Origin: Campylobacteraceae bacterium
GTDB taxonomy: Bacteria > Campylobacterota > Campylobacteria > Campylobacterales > Arcobacteraceae
NCBI GenBank assembly: GCA_013215945.1
Contig: JABSOM010000010.1
Span: forward strand, 1-64,000
DNA: 64,000 nucleotides
Reading direction: 5' to 3'
Shown: positions 20,377 to 31,306 of the stretch, in pieces
Layout: every line of letters starts with the position of its first letter
Position numbering within the stretch: position 1 is the first letter of the stretch
Translations under genes and position numbers: made by a program
The notes under the pieces: generated by a model
What the model was told of the DNA's origin: nothing
Seen by the model: the letters and a program-made list of their open reading frames with translations, nothing else
Database searches by the model: none

Positions 20377-21272
20377 ATATCTTAATAATAGAAAATGAAG
20401 TTTATTTGGCACAAAAAATTGTTTCGCGATTATTGGATGATGGTCACTTATGTGACTTTATCGAATCAACCAATATTAATATGGAAAAAGATTACGATAT
20501 TGTTTTATTATCTACGTCTTTGCCTTCTTCTCAATGCAAAGAGATAATAAAAAAATACAAAGAACATGCTATTGTTTTATTACTGGTATCTTATATTTCT
20601 GATGAAACGGTTACTGATCCTATTAAAGAAGGTGCCAAAGATTATATTATGAAACCTTTTATTATGGATGAACTTGTACGTAAAATTTATCATTATAAAG
20701 AATGGCAAAGTGTTAAAAAAGAACTTAGCACGCTAAGAGCTTATTTAGAATTCAATTTTAAAGATGTAAATATCTCTAATATTCAACTTTCACATACTTT
20801 TCCTCTACTAGTATCTACGAATTCTCCAAAAATGGCAGACAAAGTAGTATTTGAAATTGCTCGAAAATTTGATTTAGCTATTAAATTTATTTCTTTATCA
20901 GATACACCAACTTGGCAAAAAGACTTAGCCAAACCCACTAAAGAGCTTTTATACATTACGGACTACCAAGTACTTAAAAAATCTTCTAAAGACAATTTAA
21001 ATGCCCTTTTAGATGGAAGAAAAGCTATTATTTGTTCTCTTGAAAAAGAAGAAGACTTTCCTTTCTCAAAAATCTCGTGTATGCAAAATAATATTTCTTT
21101 AATGAACAATAATATTATGACAATAAATGAATATGTAAAACTTATGGTTTTAACCTTTCAAGGGAATTACCCCGATACTGAATTATCCAAAAAACTGGGA
21201 ATTTCAAGAAAATCTCTTTGGGAAAAAAGAAAAAAACTTGGTATTGAAAAAAAGAAACAGGCAAAACAATGA
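20361..21272 (+). CDS. cemR: Atypical orphan response regulator of the HP1021/Cj1608/CemR type (receiver lacking phospho-Asp, C-terminal Fis-type HTH)
   Basis: Ser47 replaces the phospho-acceptor Asp (DIVLLSTSLP). Cys27 and Cys55 conserved. C-terminal HTH LSKKLGISRKSLWEKRKKLGI. Located immediately after ispDF as HP1021 is after HP1020. Confidence 0.7.
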   Translation: MEKYMNILIIENEVYLAQKIVSRLLDDGHLCDFIESTNINMEKDYDIVLLSTSLPSSQCKEIIKKYKEHAIVLLLVSYISDETVTDPIKEGAKDYIMKPFIMDELVRKIYHYKEWQSVKKELSTLRAYLEFNFKDVNISNIQLSHTFPLLVSTNSPKMADKVVFEIARKFDLAIKFISLSDTPTWQKDLAKPTKELLYITDYQVLKKSSKDNLNALLDGRKAIICSLEKEEDFPFSKISCMQNNISLMNNNIMTINEYVKLMVLTFQGNYPDTELSKKLGISRKSLWEKRKKLGIEKKKQAKQ

Positions 21273-21739
21273 GAAAACTCTTTTTAACCCTTTTTTACTC
21301 AGGTCTAACTCCAAAAGCTCCAGGAACTGCAGGAAGTATAGTAGCACTTATTCTAGGGATGTTGCTTCTAAAAATTGTTCCTGATTCAACCTTATTTATG
21401 TTATCAATATTGATTACAGCAATAGCAATAAAACAAATTGATATTTATGAAAAAGAAATAGGCGAGCATGACAGTAAAGAAATCGTAATAGATGAACTGG
21501 CTGGTATGTGGTTAGCACTTTCAATTTGTGGTATTACTGATGAAAACTTTTATATTATGGGCGCTTTGGCTTTTGTATATTTCAGACTCTTTGATATTTG
21601 GAAACCTTCTTTAATTGGTAAAATAGATCAAAAAGTAAAAGGTGGTTGGGGTGTTATGGGAGATGATCTTTTAGCAGGTGTTGCAGCAGGACTAGCAGCT
21701 GCAGGAACTTACCAACTTATTCTTAAATTCATATACTAG
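21269..21739 (+). CDS. pgpA: Phosphatidylglycerophosphatase A
   Basis: GLTPKAPGTAGSIVAL...DELAGMW motifs; 156 aa, membrane. Confidence 0.8.
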   Translation: MRKLFLTLFYSGLTPKAPGTAGSIVALILGMLLLKIVPDSTLFMLSILITAIAIKQIDIYEKEIGEHDSKEIVIDELAGMWLALSICGITDENFYIMGALAFVYFRLFDIWKPSLIGKIDQKVKGGWGVMGDDLLAGVAAGLAAAGTYQLILKFIY

Positions 21740-21747
21740 GAAAAATC

Positions 21748-22035
21748 ATGACAATTACAAAAAAAGTAACCTTTATAGCAAAAGACGGCTGTGAAGATAA
21801 AATGAAAGAACTCTTGATTGCTATGGTAGCACCTTCTAAAAAAGAAGACGGTTGTATCTTTTATGATATTTTTCAATATGAAAATAACAGAAAAAAATTC
21901 TCAGCAGTAGAGTCATGGAGAGATGAAAAAGCGCTTGATGGTCATAAAAGAACTTCTCACTACGCAGTTTACAAAGCTTCATATGAGCCATATTGTGAAC
22001 ATAAATATACAGATGAGTTAGAAATACTTAAATAA
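21748..22035 (+). CDS. Antibiotic-biosynthesis-monooxygenase (ABM) domain protein (YgiN-like)
   Basis: 95 aa ferredoxin-like ABM pattern (VTFIAKDG...ESWRDEKALDGHKRTSHY). Confidence 0.6.
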   Translation: MTITKKVTFIAKDGCEDKMKELLIAMVAPSKKEDGCIFYDIFQYENNRKKFSAVESWRDEKALDGHKRTSHYAVYKASYEPYCEHKYTDELEILK

Positions 22036-22338
22036 GCTTATCTTTCATATTTTAAAAAACATATCAATTTATATAATGAGGGTCTATTTTTCAAAGAAAG
22101 AATAACTCTTATTTTATTACACGATATTAAACACCTCGAAAAATTCTTTTAATTCTATCTATTACTATACTAAACACTTTCTTTTTCGCTTGTTTCGGGA
22201 ACATACTTAAATTGTGTTGTTTCATAACTTCAAATAATATTCGATTAGATCTGGTCATTTTAGACATTTTTCTACTTTATAATGGTTTCTTGAAATATTG
22301 TAAAAGAATTTATTGTTTTTTGTAAGGTCAAGGCGAAG

Positions 22339-22384
22339 AAAAAAATTCCTAAGGAGTGTGCATTAAGCACATGACGCAGGAATT
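22339..22384 (-). terminator. Rho-independent terminator of the carA operon
   Basis: Minus strand reads AATTCCTGCGTCATGTGCTTAATGCACACTCCTTAGGAATT followed by TTTTTTTCTTCGCC. Confidence 0.6.
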
Positions 22385-22421
22385 ATTTTCTTCAACGCAG
22401 AGATTGCGAAAATAAAATGAA

Positions 22422-23543
22422 TTATTTTACAATATTTGCGAATTCTTGGAAGATATATTTGGACTCGTGTGGCCCTGGACTTGCTTCTGGATGATGCTGT
22501 ACTGAGAAAATATTCTTATCATTATAAGATACACCTTCAATAGTATTATCAAACAAGTTTTTATGAGTAATTTCAGCAATATTAATTATAGAATCAGGAA
22601 CATTATAATTATGATTTTGCGCTGTAATCTCTACTGTACCTTTATCATTTCCAACTGGATGGTTACCACCATGTTGTCCAAATTTTAGCTTGTATGTATC
22701 ATAGCCATGAGCTATTGATAACATTTGATGCCCTAAACAAATAGCAAAGATAGGAATTTCACTTTTGATTAGTTCTTTTACTTCTGCTAACTCTTCGGTA
22801 AGGGATAAAGGATCACCTGGTCCATTTGATAAAAATACTCCACCGATTTCTTTGTTGTTAAAACGTGAAATCAAATCTGCTGCTTTAAATGTCGAAGGAA
22901 CTACTTCTACTTCTAAACCTGTTTCTACCAGTTCATTTAAAATATTTCTTTTAACACCAAAATCAACAACTACAATTTTTTTATCACTCATAACTGCTTT
23001 ATTGTAATCAAATTTTGAGTGATCCCATGCTCCAAATTTATGAACATAAGCTTCTTTTACAGATACTTCTTTAATATAATTAATATCTTCAATTCTTGGA
23101 CTTGAATCTAAAAGTAATTTTAATTCATCTATATTATCAATTTCAGTAGAAGCAATCATCATCATTGCTCCTTCTTTTCTTAGAATTTTTGTTAAATAAC
23201 GTGTATCAATATCACAAATTCCTAAAACATTGTTTTCTTTTAGGAGAGAATCTAAATCAGAAGTGGCTCTAAAGTTTGAATATTCATGGTGGTAGTTTCG
23301 TACAAGAACACCTTTACAGTGTGCTTTAGAACTTTCCATATCTTGAGCATTTACACCTACATTTCCAATTTCTGGCATGGTAAATGTCACAAACTGTCCT
23401 GCATACGAAGGATCAGTAATGATTTCTTGGTAACCAGTTAAAGAAGTATTAAAAACAATTTCACCAACGCTAGTTCCTTGCGCACCAAAGGAATTTGCTT
23501 CAAGAAATGTCCCATTTTCTAAATATATCCAAACTTTTTTCAT
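22422..23543 (-). CDS. carA: Carbamoyl-phosphate synthase small (glutaminase) subunit
   Basis: N-terminal CPSase small domain and C-terminal class-I GATase triad (CLGHQ). Confidence 0.9.
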   Translation of the reverse strand: MKKVWIYLENGTFLEANSFGAQGTSVGEIVFNTSLTGYQEIITDPSYAGQFVTFTMPEIGNVGVNAQDMESSKAHCKGVLVRNYHHEYSNFRATSDLDSLLKENNVLGICDIDTRYLTKILRKEGAMMMIASTEIDNIDELKLLLDSSPRIEDINYIKEVSVKEAYVHKFGAWDHSKFDYNKAVMSDKKIVVVDFGVKRNILNELVETGLEVEVVPSTFKAADLISRFNNKEIGGVFLSNGPGDPLSLTEELAEVKELIKSEIPIFAICLGHQMLSIAHGYDTYKLKFGQHGGNHPVGNDKGTVEITAQNHNYNVPDSIINIAEITHKNLFDNTIEGVSYNDKNIFSVQHHPEASPGPHESKYIFQEFANIVK

Positions 23544-23544
23544 T

Positions 23545-24096
23545 CTATAATAACCCTCTTTTAATTAACTCTTCTTCATATAATCTAGCAAATACTAAAT
23601 CATAATCCTCTGTTCCTGGAATCAGTCTTCTTTTGTACGATTTTATTTTCACATGAACTTCATCGTCTGCTTCTTCAAAACCTTTTAGAAACACATCAAT
23701 AGATTCAAAAATTACATTTTTAATTTTATTATCTGTTACAATATAATGAATATAATCTTCTTCCCATAAAAAATCTAAGATTTTATGTGAAATATCAGAA
23801 AATCTGTCTTCATTGTTTAAAATTACACCATGATCATTTGCCATTCTTTTTTTAGTCATCCAAAAAAGTTGTCTGTAGTCTGCATTGTAAAATTCAATAT
23901 TTTCTTCTTGTTCGTCTAATATATCATTTACTTTTTCATCTAAAGCATGTTCATTGTCTAAATCTTCTACTAAGATTCGCTCAATTTCTGCTGTGATTTC
24001 ATCTTTCGTTTTTCTAACTTCTACAAATTCGCATGTTGCTAAATCTCTTGAGATTCTTCTTGCTACATAGGGTGTATGGTGAAATTTCATTCTCAT
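23545..24096 (-). CDS. Conserved acidic hypothetical protein (DUF507-like) between purA and carA
   Basis: 183 aa, highly acidic, no TM; family assignment from memory only. Confidence 0.35.
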   Translation of the reverse strand: MRMKFHHTPYVARRISRDLATCEFVEVRKTKDEITAEIERILVEDLDNEHALDEKVNDILDEQEENIEFYNADYRQLFWMTKKRMANDHGVILNNEDRFSDISHKILDFLWEEDYIHYIVTDNKIKNVIFESIDVFLKGFEEADDEVHVKIKSYKRRLIPGTEDYDLVFARLYEEELIKRGLL

Positions 24097-24099
24097 AAT

Positions 24100-26201
<2,102 letters not shown>

Positions 26202-26203
26202 TC

Positions 26204-27310
26204 TTAACCTTTAAACATATTTGATAAAAATACTTTAGAAGCAGTTCCATCAAATGTTCTTATATTTAATTCATCCATTGCCAACTCTAAGGCATTTACA
26301 ACCCAAGAAGCTTCAAAATCTTCTACTAATCCCATGTGATTAATTCTGTAAATATTACCTTTTAGGTGGTCTTGTCCCCCTGCAATATTTACATTGTATT
26401 TATTCTTTAAGATTTTTCTAATTTCATTAGATTTATCTGTTTTAATGGTAGTCATAGCATTTGCTGGTGTGCTTGGATATATTTCACAGCCTATTGATTC
26501 TAAAGCATTACGTGTAGCTTTAGCTCTTAGTGCTGTTTTTTCATACAATGCATCAAAACCACCATTGTTTTTAATAAAACTTAAAATTTCTCTTAAGCCA
26601 ATAATCAAAGTAGTAGCAGCAGTATATGCCGTAGTATTTGTTTTTTGTTTCTTAATTTCACTTGCTAGATTTAAATAATAACCTGCTGGTTTTTTATTAA
26701 TCTTAGTAACAGCTGCTTCTGAGAATCCAATCATTGAAAGACCAGGAGGAAGCATTAACGCTTTTTGGCTTCCCGTAATTAAAGCATCAATATTTGTAGT
26801 ATCTACTTTTTCAACACCAACTGCGGTAATTCCATCTGCAACAATTGTAATACTAGGATTAAAAGCTTTTACTGCAAATGCTAGCTCTTCAACTGGATGT
26901 CTTAAACCTCCAGCACTTTCACATACTTGAATAAAAATAGCATCAATATCTGAATCATTTTTAATAATATCCATTACCACTTCTACGCTAACAGGAGTAT
27001 TCCATTCATTTTTAATTTCTCTAAAAGGAATATCAAAAGCTTGACAGATTTTTCCAAATCTCTCACCAAATTTCCCAGAGTTAATGCTTAAGGCTTTTTT
27101 ATGCGTTAAATTTGTTACACAAGCTTCCATAGCACCTGTTCCACTTGATGCTAACATCACAGCTTCAGGCATATCAAGAATTTCTAATAATAAAGAACGT
27201 GTTTCTTCAAATATTTTTTCAAATTCAGGGGTTCTGTGATGAATGGTAATATCACTCATTGCTGTTCTCACAAATTCTGGTACAGGAGTTGGTCCTGGCG
27301 TTAATAACAT
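26204..27310 (-). CDS. Class V PLP aminotransferase (AGXT/serine-pyruvate aminotransferase family)
   Basis: MLLTPGPTPVP start, SGTGAMEA and GSQKAL (PLP lysine) motifs. Confidence 0.75.
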   Translation of the reverse strand: MLLTPGPTPVPEFVRTAMSDITIHHRTPEFEKIFEETRSLLLEILDMPEAVMLASSGTGAMEACVTNLTHKKALSINSGKFGERFGKICQAFDIPFREIKNEWNTPVSVEVVMDIIKNDSDIDAIFIQVCESAGGLRHPVEELAFAVKAFNPSITIVADGITAVGVEKVDTTNIDALITGSQKALMLPPGLSMIGFSEAAVTKINKKPAGYYLNLASEIKKQKTNTTAYTAATTLIIGLREILSFIKNNGGFDALYEKTALRAKATRNALESIGCEIYPSTPANAMTTIKTDKSNEIRKILKNKYNVNIAGGQDHLKGNIYRINHMGLVEDFEASWVVNALELAMDELNIRTFDGTASKVFLSNMFKG

Positions 27311-27473
27311 ATTTTTTCCTTAACATTTGGGCATAGTAAATCGTGATAGTGTATCTAAAACTTACTAAGCCTTCCATTAAAGGAATTAAGAGCTATTTAT
27401 TTATTATTAAATTGATGCAAAAAAAGAATTTTCAAATTTAAAAACCTTAGTATCACGTTCTTTGTTCACATTA

Positions 27474-27493
27474 ATAGTACTAATTAGTACTAT
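27474..27493. promoter_or_regulatory. 20-bp perfect palindrome ATAGTACTAATTAGTACTAT (candidate MarR operator 1)
   Basis: Sequence is its own reverse complement; sits in divergent region between aminotransferase operon and marR. Confidence 0.55.
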
Positions 27494-27501
27494 ATTTACC
27501 T

Positions 27502-27538
27502 TTGACTCTTGACATTTAGTACTAACTAGTAGTATACT
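27502..27538 (+). promoter_or_regulatory. marR promoter (TTGACT/TTGACA -35, TATACT -10) overlapped by operator 2 TAGTACTAACTAGTAGTA
   Basis: Sigma70-like hexamers with 18-bp spacer. Operator-like half-site repeat lies between them. Confidence 0.5.
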
Positions 27539-27557
27539 GTCACCAAGGAGTAACATT

Positions 27558-28007
27558 ATGAGTAATGAAAGTTTAATAAGTTATGGGAAACGAAGTGATA
27601 AAGCTATGAAAACATGGGTTCAAATTAGCAAAACCTTTAATAAGTTTTTTACAACTGAACTAAAATACTTTAGTGAATACAGCCTAACTTTTAATCAGTT
27701 TAAAGTACTTGAAGTACTTTATCACAGAGGAGATTTAAACATTACTTCTATTACAAAGCTTACAACAAGCACTCCTGGTAATATAACAGTAGTTGTTAGA
27801 AATCTAAAACGAGATGGTTTAATCCACTCACTTTGTGATCCAAAAGATAAACGCGCAAGTATTTTATCTATTAGTGAAGAAGGAAGAAAAATCATAGCTT
27901 CTTTATTCCCACAGCACGCGAAAAATATCACTTCGTACATGGATGTACTTGATGATGAAGAATTAGAAACATTACGAATATTGTTGAAAAAAGTTTACAA
28001 AAAATAA
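27558..28007 (+). CDS. MarR-family transcriptional regulator
   Basis: LTFNQFKVLEVLYHRGDLNITSITKL wHTH recognition helix; 149 aa. Confidence 0.85.
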   Translation: MSNESLISYGKRSDKAMKTWVQISKTFNKFFTTELKYFSEYSLTFNQFKVLEVLYHRGDLNITSITKLTTSTPGNITVVVRNLKRDGLIHSLCDPKDKRASILSISEEGRKIIASLFPQHAKNITSYMDVLDDEELETLRILLKKVYKK

Positions 28008-28023
28008 ACTTTTTTTATTTAAA

Positions 28024-28044
28024 TACTACTAGTTAGTACTAGTA
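28024..28044. promoter_or_regulatory. Operator 3 TACTACTAGTTAGTACTAGTA (exact reverse complement of operator 2) upstream of yceI
   Basis: 18/18 identity to inverse of the site at 27517-27534; 17 bp upstream of yceI ATG. Confidence 0.5.
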
Positions 28045-28060
28045 ACAAAAAGGAAATATT

Positions 28061-28630
28061 ATGAATTTAAAAATCAAATTAGGTCTTACGTCAATCTTAT
28101 TAGCAAGCTCATTATTTGCAGGAACATACAATGTTGATCCCGTGCATTCAAATGTATCATTTAAAGTTAAACATATGATGATTTCAAATGTAACAGGTGA
28201 ATTTGATACTTTTTCTGGAAGTTTCGAATATGATGATAGTACAAAAAAAGTTACTTCATTAAGCGGTAAGGTTGACGTAAGTTCAATAAATACAGACAAT
28301 GTAAAAAGAGATGGACATTTAAAATCAGCTGATTTTTTTGATGCAGCACAGTTTCCTAATATTACGTATACAATATCTAAAATTATAGACGATGAAGCGC
28401 ATGGGGAAATCACAATTCATGGCATCACTAAAAAAGTAGTTTTTGATTTTGAAAAAAGTGGAATGATTAAAGATCCATGGGGAAATACAAGAATTGGTCT
28501 TGAATTAAACGGTTCTATTTCTAGAAAAGCTTTTGGATTAAAATGGAACAATCTATTAGAAGCAGGCGGTGCCATTGTTGCTGATAAAATCAAGTTAACT
28601 ATTGAACTTGAAGGTATATTGACAAAATAA
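28061..28630 (+). CDS. YceI-family protein (second paralog)
   Basis: Signal peptide; NVDPVHSNVSFKVKHM and NVKRDGHLKSADFF as in the 10218 paralog. Confidence 0.8.
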   Translation: MNLKIKLGLTSILLASSLFAGTYNVDPVHSNVSFKVKHMMISNVTGEFDTFSGSFEYDDSTKKVTSLSGKVDVSSINTDNVKRDGHLKSADFFDAAQFPNITYTISKIIDDEAHGEITIHGITKKVVFDFEKSGMIKDPWGNTRIGLELNGSISRKAFGLKWNNLLEAGGAIVADKIKLTIELEGILTK

Positions 28631-28644
28631 TTACAAAATAAAGG

Positions 28645-29145
28645 ATGAAGATGTATACCATTTTAGTATCGACTCAAAATGAAAACATGAAGTTAGCAAA
28701 AGTATTGCAAGATTTATTGCAAAAAGAAGGAAAAGAAAACCAACTTATAGATTTGGTGGATTTAAATCTTCCTTTACATAATAGTGCTTTACAAGAAAAA
28801 GATGGAATTCCAAAAGCCGTGCAAAACTTGTATGAAACAATGGATAAGTCCCATTCTTTTATTTTAGTAACAGCAGAATATAACTTTGGAGTGCCAGCTG
28901 TATTAAAAAATGCAATTGATTGGATTACGGTTGTTAATAAAGACTTCAGGAAAGTATTTTCTGATAAAAATGTTCTTTTATCTACCCATAGTGGAGGTGG
29001 AGGTCAAGATGTTCTAGACACTATGAGAGCACAATTTACAAAGTTAGGTTCTATGGTTTATACAGATGAAATCCATACTACCTACCAAAAAGCCTTCGAA
29101 TTAGAGTCAAGTAAAAAAGTCTTACTCTCTTTTTCAAATATTTAG
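28645..29145 (+). CDS. NAD(P)H-dependent FMN reductase-family flavoprotein (flavodoxin-like fold)
   Basis: EYNFGVPAVLKNAIDW and HSGGGGQ motifs of the NADPH-FMN reductase family. Confidence 0.7.
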   Translation: MKMYTILVSTQNENMKLAKVLQDLLQKEGKENQLIDLVDLNLPLHNSALQEKDGIPKAVQNLYETMDKSHSFILVTAEYNFGVPAVLKNAIDWITVVNKDFRKVFSDKNVLLSTHSGGGGQDVLDTMRAQFTKLGSMVYTDEIHTTYQKAFELESSKKVLLSFSNI

Positions 29146-29223
29146 ATAAAAAAAAGTAAATAGTTTAGGTCAAACTATTTACTTCTTAGAGTTTGATTTA
29201 ATAATAAAATAAAGGATTAAAAA

Positions 29224-29739
29224 ATGTATATTATATTTGTAGCAAGTTTAAATGAGAATATGAAATTAGCAAAAAAAGTTGAAGAACAACTAAAAAAAGA
29301 AGGTAAAACAAGTGAAATTGTGAATTTAGTTGAATTAAACCTTCCTATGTATGATTCTTTAAAAGAAGAAAAAGATGGAATTCCTAAAGGTATTCTTGAG
29401 TTAATTTCAACAATGCAAGAAGCTAAAGCATATATATTTGTTAGTCCTGAGTACAACTTCTCACTTCCTCCTGTACTTGTCAATTTTATTGCTTGGGTTT
29501 CAAGAGCAGATGAAGATTTCAGAAAAGTATTTACCTTAAAAGCTATTCAATTAGCTGTTCATGCAGGTGGTGGAGGTACTGATGTAAGTGCTGCTATGAG
29601 AAATCAGTTTACCCGTTTAGGTGCTTTAGTCATGCCAAGAGAAATTATTGCTACGTATCAAAAACCAATAGAAGATGGAAGTTTGAAAAGAATTTTGGAG
29701 CAATTTATTCACCTAAGCGAAAACTATACAAAGATATAA
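29224..29739 (+). CDS. NAD(P)H-dependent FMN reductase-family flavoprotein (tandem paralog)
   Basis: Same architecture: PEYNFSLPPVLVNFIAW, HAGGGGTD. Confidence 0.7.
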   Translation: MYIIFVASLNENMKLAKKVEEQLKKEGKTSEIVNLVELNLPMYDSLKEEKDGIPKGILELISTMQEAKAYIFVSPEYNFSLPPVLVNFIAWVSRADEDFRKVFTLKAIQLAVHAGGGGTDVSAAMRNQFTRLGALVMPREIIATYQKPIEDGSLKRILEQFIHLSENYTKI

Positions 29740-29748
29740 GGAGAAAAA

Positions 29749-30522
29749 ATGTTACCAAGTTTATTTATTTCACATGGAAGCCCTGCTCTTGGTATTATGG
29801 ACAATAAATTTAGTAGTTTTTTCAAAGATTTAAGTAAAAAGTTTGAAAAACCTAAATATATAATCATCGTATCAGCGCATTGGGAAAGTCAAGAGCTACT
29901 AATTTTAAGCAAGGAATTTCCTAAAATCATTTATGATTTTTATGGTTTCCCAAAAGAACTTCATGAAAAAAAGTATAAAGCAAAAAATGATATCAATCAA
30001 ATAAAAAGTATAAAAAAGTTATTAAAAACTAAGAATATTGATATAAAAGAAGAGCCAAATAAAGAAGGTTATGATCATGGGGTATGGGTACCTTTATCTT
30101 TGATGTATCCAAAAGCAGATATACCTATTATTCAAATTTCTTTACCCAACAACTATTCAAGTAAAGAACTTTTTATTTTAGGTGAGGCTTTGCAAGAATT
30201 ACGTGAGGAATGTTTAATTATAGGTAGTGGCAGTATTACTCATAATCTTTATGATACCTCAAGCGATATAAATGCCAACGTTAAAGAGTATGCAGAAATA
30301 TTTGATGAATATATTTCAAAAACAATAAAAGAAAAAAATATACATGAACTCTTAGATTTTAAAGAAAAAGCACCTAAACTTAGAGAGAATCATCCGAGTC
30401 AGGAGCATTTCATGCCATTATTTTTTCCCTTAGGTGCAGCAATTTCAAAAGATTGCGAAATTTTAAATAAAAGTTTTATGCATGGAAATTTATCCATGCA
30501 AACACTCTTATTTACCAATTAA
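29749..30522 (+). CDS. Class III extradiol ring-cleavage dioxygenase (LigB/DODA/YgiD family)
   Basis: LFISHGSPAL N-terminal metal-binding motif, 257 aa. Confidence 0.75.
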   Translation: MLPSLFISHGSPALGIMDNKFSSFFKDLSKKFEKPKYIIIVSAHWESQELLILSKEFPKIIYDFYGFPKELHEKKYKAKNDINQIKSIKKLLKTKNIDIKEEPNKEGYDHGVWVPLSLMYPKADIPIIQISLPNNYSSKELFILGEALQELREECLIIGSGSITHNLYDTSSDINANVKEYAEIFDEYISKTIKEKNIHELLDFKEKAPKLRENHPSQEHFMPLFFPLGAAISKDCEILNKSFMHGNLSMQTLLFTN

Positions 30523-30543
30523 AATAAAAAAGAAAGGACATTT

Positions 30544-31248
30544 ATGTTAAAAAAATTACCGAAAGAAAATATGGGTACTTCTAACCTTGGATGGTTACAA
30601 AGTAGATTTCATTTTTCATTTGCAGAATATAGAAATTATGACAATATCAAATTTGGAGTACTTAGAGTATTAAATGATGATTTAATACAAGCAAAAAGCG
30701 GTTTTGATACCCATCCTCATCAAAATATGGAGATTATCTCTTATGTAGTAAAAGGAGAAATTTCTCATAAAGATTCTATGGGAAATGAAGAAGTAGTAAA
30801 AAGAGGACAAGTTCAATATCTCTCAGCAGGAGATGGAATATATCACAGTGAATATAATAAACATGAAAGTGATACCTTAAGACTCTTGCAAATATGGATA
30901 GTCCCTCCTAAAGATTCGCTACCAAGATTATATGGACAAGAAAATTATAAAAAAGAACAAAGAAAAAATACCTTGTTAAATATTGTTTCTTCCAAAGAAG
31001 GAGATGCAAAAATAAAAATACATCAAGATGTAAATATGTATGTAAGTGAGCTGGATTCAAACAAAGTATTAGAATATAAAATCAAAGACAAACGACAAAT
31101 TTATTTTGTACAAATTGAGGGTTCTTCTAATATCAATGGTATTAAGCTAAATAACGGGGATGCTATGGAAATTACAGAAGAAAATTCTTTAAAAATAGAA
31201 GCTTTAGAACAATCTCATTTTTTGTTTATAGAAATGCCTAAAAGTTAA
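30544..31248 (+). CDS. Pirin-family cupin protein
   Basis: HPHQNMEIISYVVKGEISHKDSMGNEE and GDGIYHSE cupin metal-binding motifs. Confidence 0.8.
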   Translation: MLKKLPKENMGTSNLGWLQSRFHFSFAEYRNYDNIKFGVLRVLNDDLIQAKSGFDTHPHQNMEIISYVVKGEISHKDSMGNEEVVKRGQVQYLSAGDGIYHSEYNKHESDTLRLLQIWIVPPKDSLPRLYGQENYKKEQRKNTLLNIVSSKEGDAKIKIHQDVNMYVSELDSNKVLEYKIKDKRQIYFVQIEGSSNINGIKLNNGDAMEITEENSLKIEALEQSHFLFIEMPKS

Positions 31249-31253
31249 TTTGT

Positions 31254-31290
31254 CATAAAAAAAGGAGTAACCAAGTGGTTACTCCTTTTC
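31254..31290. terminator. Bidirectional terminator between pirin and purM
   Basis: A7 - AAGGAGTAACC aagt GGTTACTCCTT - TTT. Confidence 0.55.
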
Positions 31291-31306
31291 TAAAGAAAAA
31301 AATTGC

